Source: Bacteroidaceae bacterium
GTDB lineage: Bacteria > Bacteroidota > Bacteroidia > Bacteroidales > Barnesiellaceae_A
Reading direction: 5' to 3'
Length of the DNA stretch: 64,000 nucleotides
Assembly: GCA_017531985.1 (NCBI GenBank)
Contig: JAFXJY010000036.1
Location: 2,298-66,297, forward strand
Shown: positions 61,226 to 64,000 of the stretch, one piece after another
Position numbering within the stretch: the stretch's first letter is position 1
Layout: each line of letters starts with the position of its first letter
Made by a program: the position numbers and the translations under genes
The notes under the pieces: model-generated
The model's database searches: none
What the model was told of the DNA's origin: nothing
Seen by the model: only the letters and a program-made list of their open reading frames with translations

Positions 61226-61246
61226 CACTTCACATCAAGTTATAAG

Positions 61247-62107
61247 ATGAGACAACTAAAAATTACCAAATCTATCACGAACCGTGAGAGTGCTTCTCTC
61301 GATAAGTACTTGCAAGAGATAGGTCGCGAAGACCTCATTACTGTCGAAGAGGAGGTAGAACTCGCACAACGCATTAAGCAAGGCGATCATGCTGCGTTAG
61401 AGAAACTAACAAGAGCCAATCTTCGTTTTGTCGTTTCAGTTGCTAAACAGTATCAGAACCAAGGTCTCAGTCTGCCCGACCTTATCAATGAAGGAAACCT
61501 CGGACTGATAAAAGCTGCTGAAAAATTTGACGAAACAAGAGGTTTCAAGTTTATCTCCTATGCAGTATGGTGGATACGTCAATCGATCTTGCAAGCGTTG
61601 GCCGAGCAATCTCGTATCGTGCGTTTGCCTCTCAATCAAGTAGGCTCGCTTAATAAAATAAGCAAGGCTCTTTCTAAGTTTGAGCAGGAAAACGAACGTA
61701 AACCCTCGCCCGAGGAGCTTGCCGAGGAATTGGATATTCCGGTTGACAAGATTTCCGACACACTCAAAGTGTCGGGTCGACACATTTCGGTGGATGCTCC
61801 CTTTGTCGAAGGTGAAGATAACAGCCTTCTCGATGTGTTGGTTAATGACGACTCCCCTATCGCTGACCGTACACTCATCGACGAATCGCTCTCAAAGGAG
61901 ATAGAACGTGCCTTGCAATTATTGCAACCACGTGAACGTGAAATCATTAAAATGGTCTTCGGTATTGGTTGTCAAGAGATGACTCTCGAAGAGATTGGCG
62001 ACAAGTTCGGTTTGACTCGCGAACGCGTTCGCCAAATTAAAGAAAAAGCAATCAGACACTTACGTCAAAAGGCTCAAAGCCAATTATTGAAATCATACTT
62101 AGGATAA
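61247..62107 (+). CDS. rpoD: Primary RNA polymerase sigma factor (Bacteroidota sigma-A)
   Basis: Region 2 ([12 protein letters not shown]) and region 4.2 ([24 protein letters not shown]). The start is moved to MRQLKITKS because the ORF-track start is a TTG inside the promoter. Confidence 0.9.
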   Translation: MRQLKITKSITNRESASLDKYLQEIGREDLITVEEEVELAQRIKQGDHAALEKLTRANLRFVVSVAKQYQNQGLSLPDLINEGNLGLIKAAEKFDETRGFKFISYAVWWIRQSILQALAEQSRIVRLPLNQVGSLNKISKALSKFEQENERKPSPEELAEELDIPVDKISDTLKVSGRHISVDAPFVEGEDNSLLDVLVNDDSPIADRTLIDESLSKEIERALQLLQPREREIIKMVFGIGCQEMTLEEIGDKFGLTRERVRQIKEKAIRHLRQKAQSQLLKSYLG

Positions 62108-62124
62108 CCGTCTGATAGATGCTT

Positions 62125-62153
62125 AAAAGCCACCCTGTGAGGTGGCTTTTTTT
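62125..62153. terminator. Bidirectional terminator between rpoD and pstB
   Basis: agccacc-ctgtga-ggtggct flanked by an A-run and T7. Confidence 0.85.
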
Positions 62154-62184
62154 ATGTGCATATAAAACAATATCTCCTTGATGA

Positions 62185-62952
62185 CTATCCTATCTTACCG
62201 GTAAGGTAGGCCTTAGTTCTTTCATCTGACGGATTTGTAAACATTATCTCTGTATCATCATATTCTATTAATTCGCCTAAATACATAAACATTGATTTCG
62301 ATGATATTCGCATAGCCTGTCCCATATTGTGAGTAACAATAAGGATGGTTACCTCCTTTTGAAGTTCCTGCATTAGTTCCTCAATATGAGCTGTCGCAAT
62401 AGGATCAAGTGCCGAGGTAGGCTCATCCATAAGCAATATGTCGGGCTTCATAGCCAAGGCTCGGGCTATACATAAGCGTTGTTGTTGACCACCCGACAGG
62501 AATGTACCTTTCTTATTCAATACATCTTTTACCTCGTCCCATAGAGCAACACTCTTTAAGCTGCGTTCAACAGTGTTATCTCTCTCCGATTTTGATAAAC
62601 GGATACCATTAAGAGCATATCCCGAAAGCACATTATCGTAGATGCTCATCGTAGGGAATGGTGCAGGTCGCTGAAATACCATGCCCACTCGACGACGCAC
62701 ATCAATAGGTTCCATGGAAAGGATATTTTCTCCATTCAACAATATTTCGCCATCCACACGAATATTGGGATAAAGGTTGTGCATAAGATTAACGGCACGC
62801 AGCAGTGTCGATTTACCACAACCCGAGGGTCCCATAATGGCAGTGATGGTATTTCGCTCGATGGCTGCCGATACATATTTGACTGCCATCGTTTGCTTGG
62901 TATAAGATACACAAGTTTTATTAAATTCAAGTATAGGTTTTACTGATTCCAT
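62185..62952 (-). CDS. pstB: Phosphate ABC transporter ATP-binding protein
   Basis: GPSGCGKST, LSGGQQQRL, PstB-typical length. Confidence 0.95.
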   Translation of the reverse strand: MESVKPILEFNKTCVSYTKQTMAVKYVSAAIERNTITAIMGPSGCGKSTLLRAVNLMHNLYPNIRVDGEILLNGENILSMEPIDVRRRVGMVFQRPAPFPTMSIYDNVLSGYALNGIRLSKSERDNTVERSLKSVALWDEVKDVLNKKGTFLSGGQQQRLCIARALAMKPDILLMDEPTSALDPIATAHIEELMQELQKEVTILIVTHNMGQAMRISSKSMFMYLGELIEYDDTEIMFTNPSDERTKAYLTGKIG

Positions 62953-63806
62953 TTCTTTGCAAGATATTTAGCTGTAATATTCAATGTGAGAACAAATAAT
63001 AACAAGAAGAGAGATGCACCCCAAATCAACTCTTGAAGATTGGGGTCGTTGAAGAACTCCCATATAAGTAGTGGTACTGCCGATATAGGCTTGTCTATCG
63101 CAAAGCGGATAAATGAGCAACCGAGTGCGGTAAACATAAGAGGAGCTGTCTCACCAATTACACGCGAGATAGCCAACAGAACTCCGGTAAAGATGCCTCC
63201 GAAAGCAGCAGGAAGCTGCACTTTCAGCATAACACTGGCATGATTACCTCCAAGAGCCAGACCGGCTTCTTTAAGTGATGAAGGTAGAATTTTCAGTGTC
63301 TCCTCAGTTGACCGAATAATAAGCGGTAACATCATAATTAGGAGTGCCACGCTACCGGCAATAGCCGAGTAGCCTTTCATCGGAACAACTACCCAAATGT
63401 AAGTAACAATACCAATAATAACAGAGGGTGTGCCTTGAAGCAGGTCGGTAAGATAACTTACCGTCTGTGCAAACTTGTTTTTGGGATTTTCGGCTAAGAA
63501 TGCACCGCATAAGATACCTAATGGAATAGCTACAAGTGCAGCCATGCCCAGCATGAGCATCGTTCCTACTATTCCATTTGCTATACCTCCGGGAATTGGT
63601 TCACCCGCCTCGATAGCTTTCATGGCTTTATATGCTGTGGGAGTTGGCTCGGTAAAGAATGACCATGAAAGCTGGTCGTATCCACGCAGAAATACCTCTC
63701 CCAATATCGCAAACAAGGGTACAGCTGTGAAGGCTGCCAATAAACATACAGCCCACAGCAAGGCTTTATCTTTCACCAAGCGATTTCTAATTTTCAATTT
63801 ATCCAT
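62940..63806 (-). CDS. pstA: Phosphate ABC transporter permease PstA
   Basis: Six-TM permease with an EAA-like loop (EAGLALGG). Overlaps pstB by 13 nt. Confidence 0.9.
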   Translation of the reverse strand: MDKLKIRNRLVKDKALLWAVCLLAAFTAVPLFAILGEVFLRGYDQLSWSFFTEPTPTAYKAMKAIEAGEPIPGGIANGIVGTMLMLGMAALVAIPLGILCGAFLAENPKNKFAQTVSYLTDLLQGTPSVIIGIVTYIWVVVPMKGYSAIAGSVALLIMMLPLIIRSTEETLKILPSSLKEAGLALGGNHASVMLKVQLPAAFGGIFTGVLLAISRVIGETAPLMFTALGCSFIRFAIDKPISAVPLLIWEFFNDPNLQELIWGASLFLLLFVLTLNITAKYLAKKWNQ

Positions 63807-63808
63807 CT

Positions 63809-64000
63809 TTACGCTATTCTTGCACGTTTAATCATTATTTTTCCTATCAAATTGATAAATGCCGTAATCAGAAACAGTATCAGTCCTATGGCAATAAGTG
63901 ACGAGAGTCTTAAATCATCTGCCTCACCAAATTGGTTGGCAATAATAGATGCCATTGAGTTACCTGTCGAGGTGATTGAGTCGGGAACGTTATTGGTATT
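63809..64000 (-). CDS. pstC: Phosphate ABC transporter permease PstC, C-terminal 63 codons (the gene starts beyond the window)
   Basis: Own translation: ...NSMASIIANQFGEADDLRLSSLIAIGLILFLITAFINLIGKIMIKRARIA*. Confidence 0.85.
   Translation of the reverse strand, partial: NTNNVPDSITSTGNSMASIIANQFGEADDLRLSSLIAIGLILFLITAFINLIGKIMIKRARIA

Overview
The window looks like a Bacteroidales (Bacteroidota) chromosome segment. Supporting signs are many TAnnTTTG -7 promoter boxes, no Shine-Dalgarno dependence, and the conserved tig-clpP-clpX-recQ and thi operon layouts. Most of it is tightly packed housekeeping DNA. It contains feoAB (partial), glmM, nrnA, an eight-gene thiamine operon behind a TPP riboswitch, obg, pgeF, an OPT transporter, DPP-IV, miaA, an ABC-F ATPase, rlmH and class II RNR nrdJ. 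It also contains RNase G, HU, mltF, udk, purM, lepA, recQ, clpXP, tig, DAHP synthase/chorismate mutase, ridA, RNase P RNA, htrA, rpoD and pstCAB (partial). I saw no CRISPR array, transposase, rRNA or tRNA by eye. Several features are absent from the ORF track: the TPP riboswitch, rnpB, a 29-aa basic ribosomal-type protein gene, the partial feoAB and pstC genes, and several corrected start codons. The ORF track counts GTG/TTG as M. I found no obvious multi-gene novel system. The best leads are: (1) a perfect 19-bp inverted repeat pair flanking a 108-bp cassette 25 bp from the 3' end of a lone tyrosine recombinase gene, a candidate invertible switch; (2) an operon pairing a Tat-signal lipoprotein aldo/keto reductase carrying Fe-S motifs with a NapH-NapG-like fused membrane polyferredoxin; (3) an AT-rich islet carrying one orphan gene whose motif order resembles the uracil-DNA-glycosylase superfamily; (4) a roughly 250-nt structured leader or sRNA with its own promoter, terminator and a competing loop-terminator pairing upstream of a small outer-membrane barrel gene; (5) a hemerythrin / pseudo-receiver LuxR pair with a perfect 22-bp palindromic operator upstream of feoAB. 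All functional calls come from motif recognition by eye, and no database search was run.
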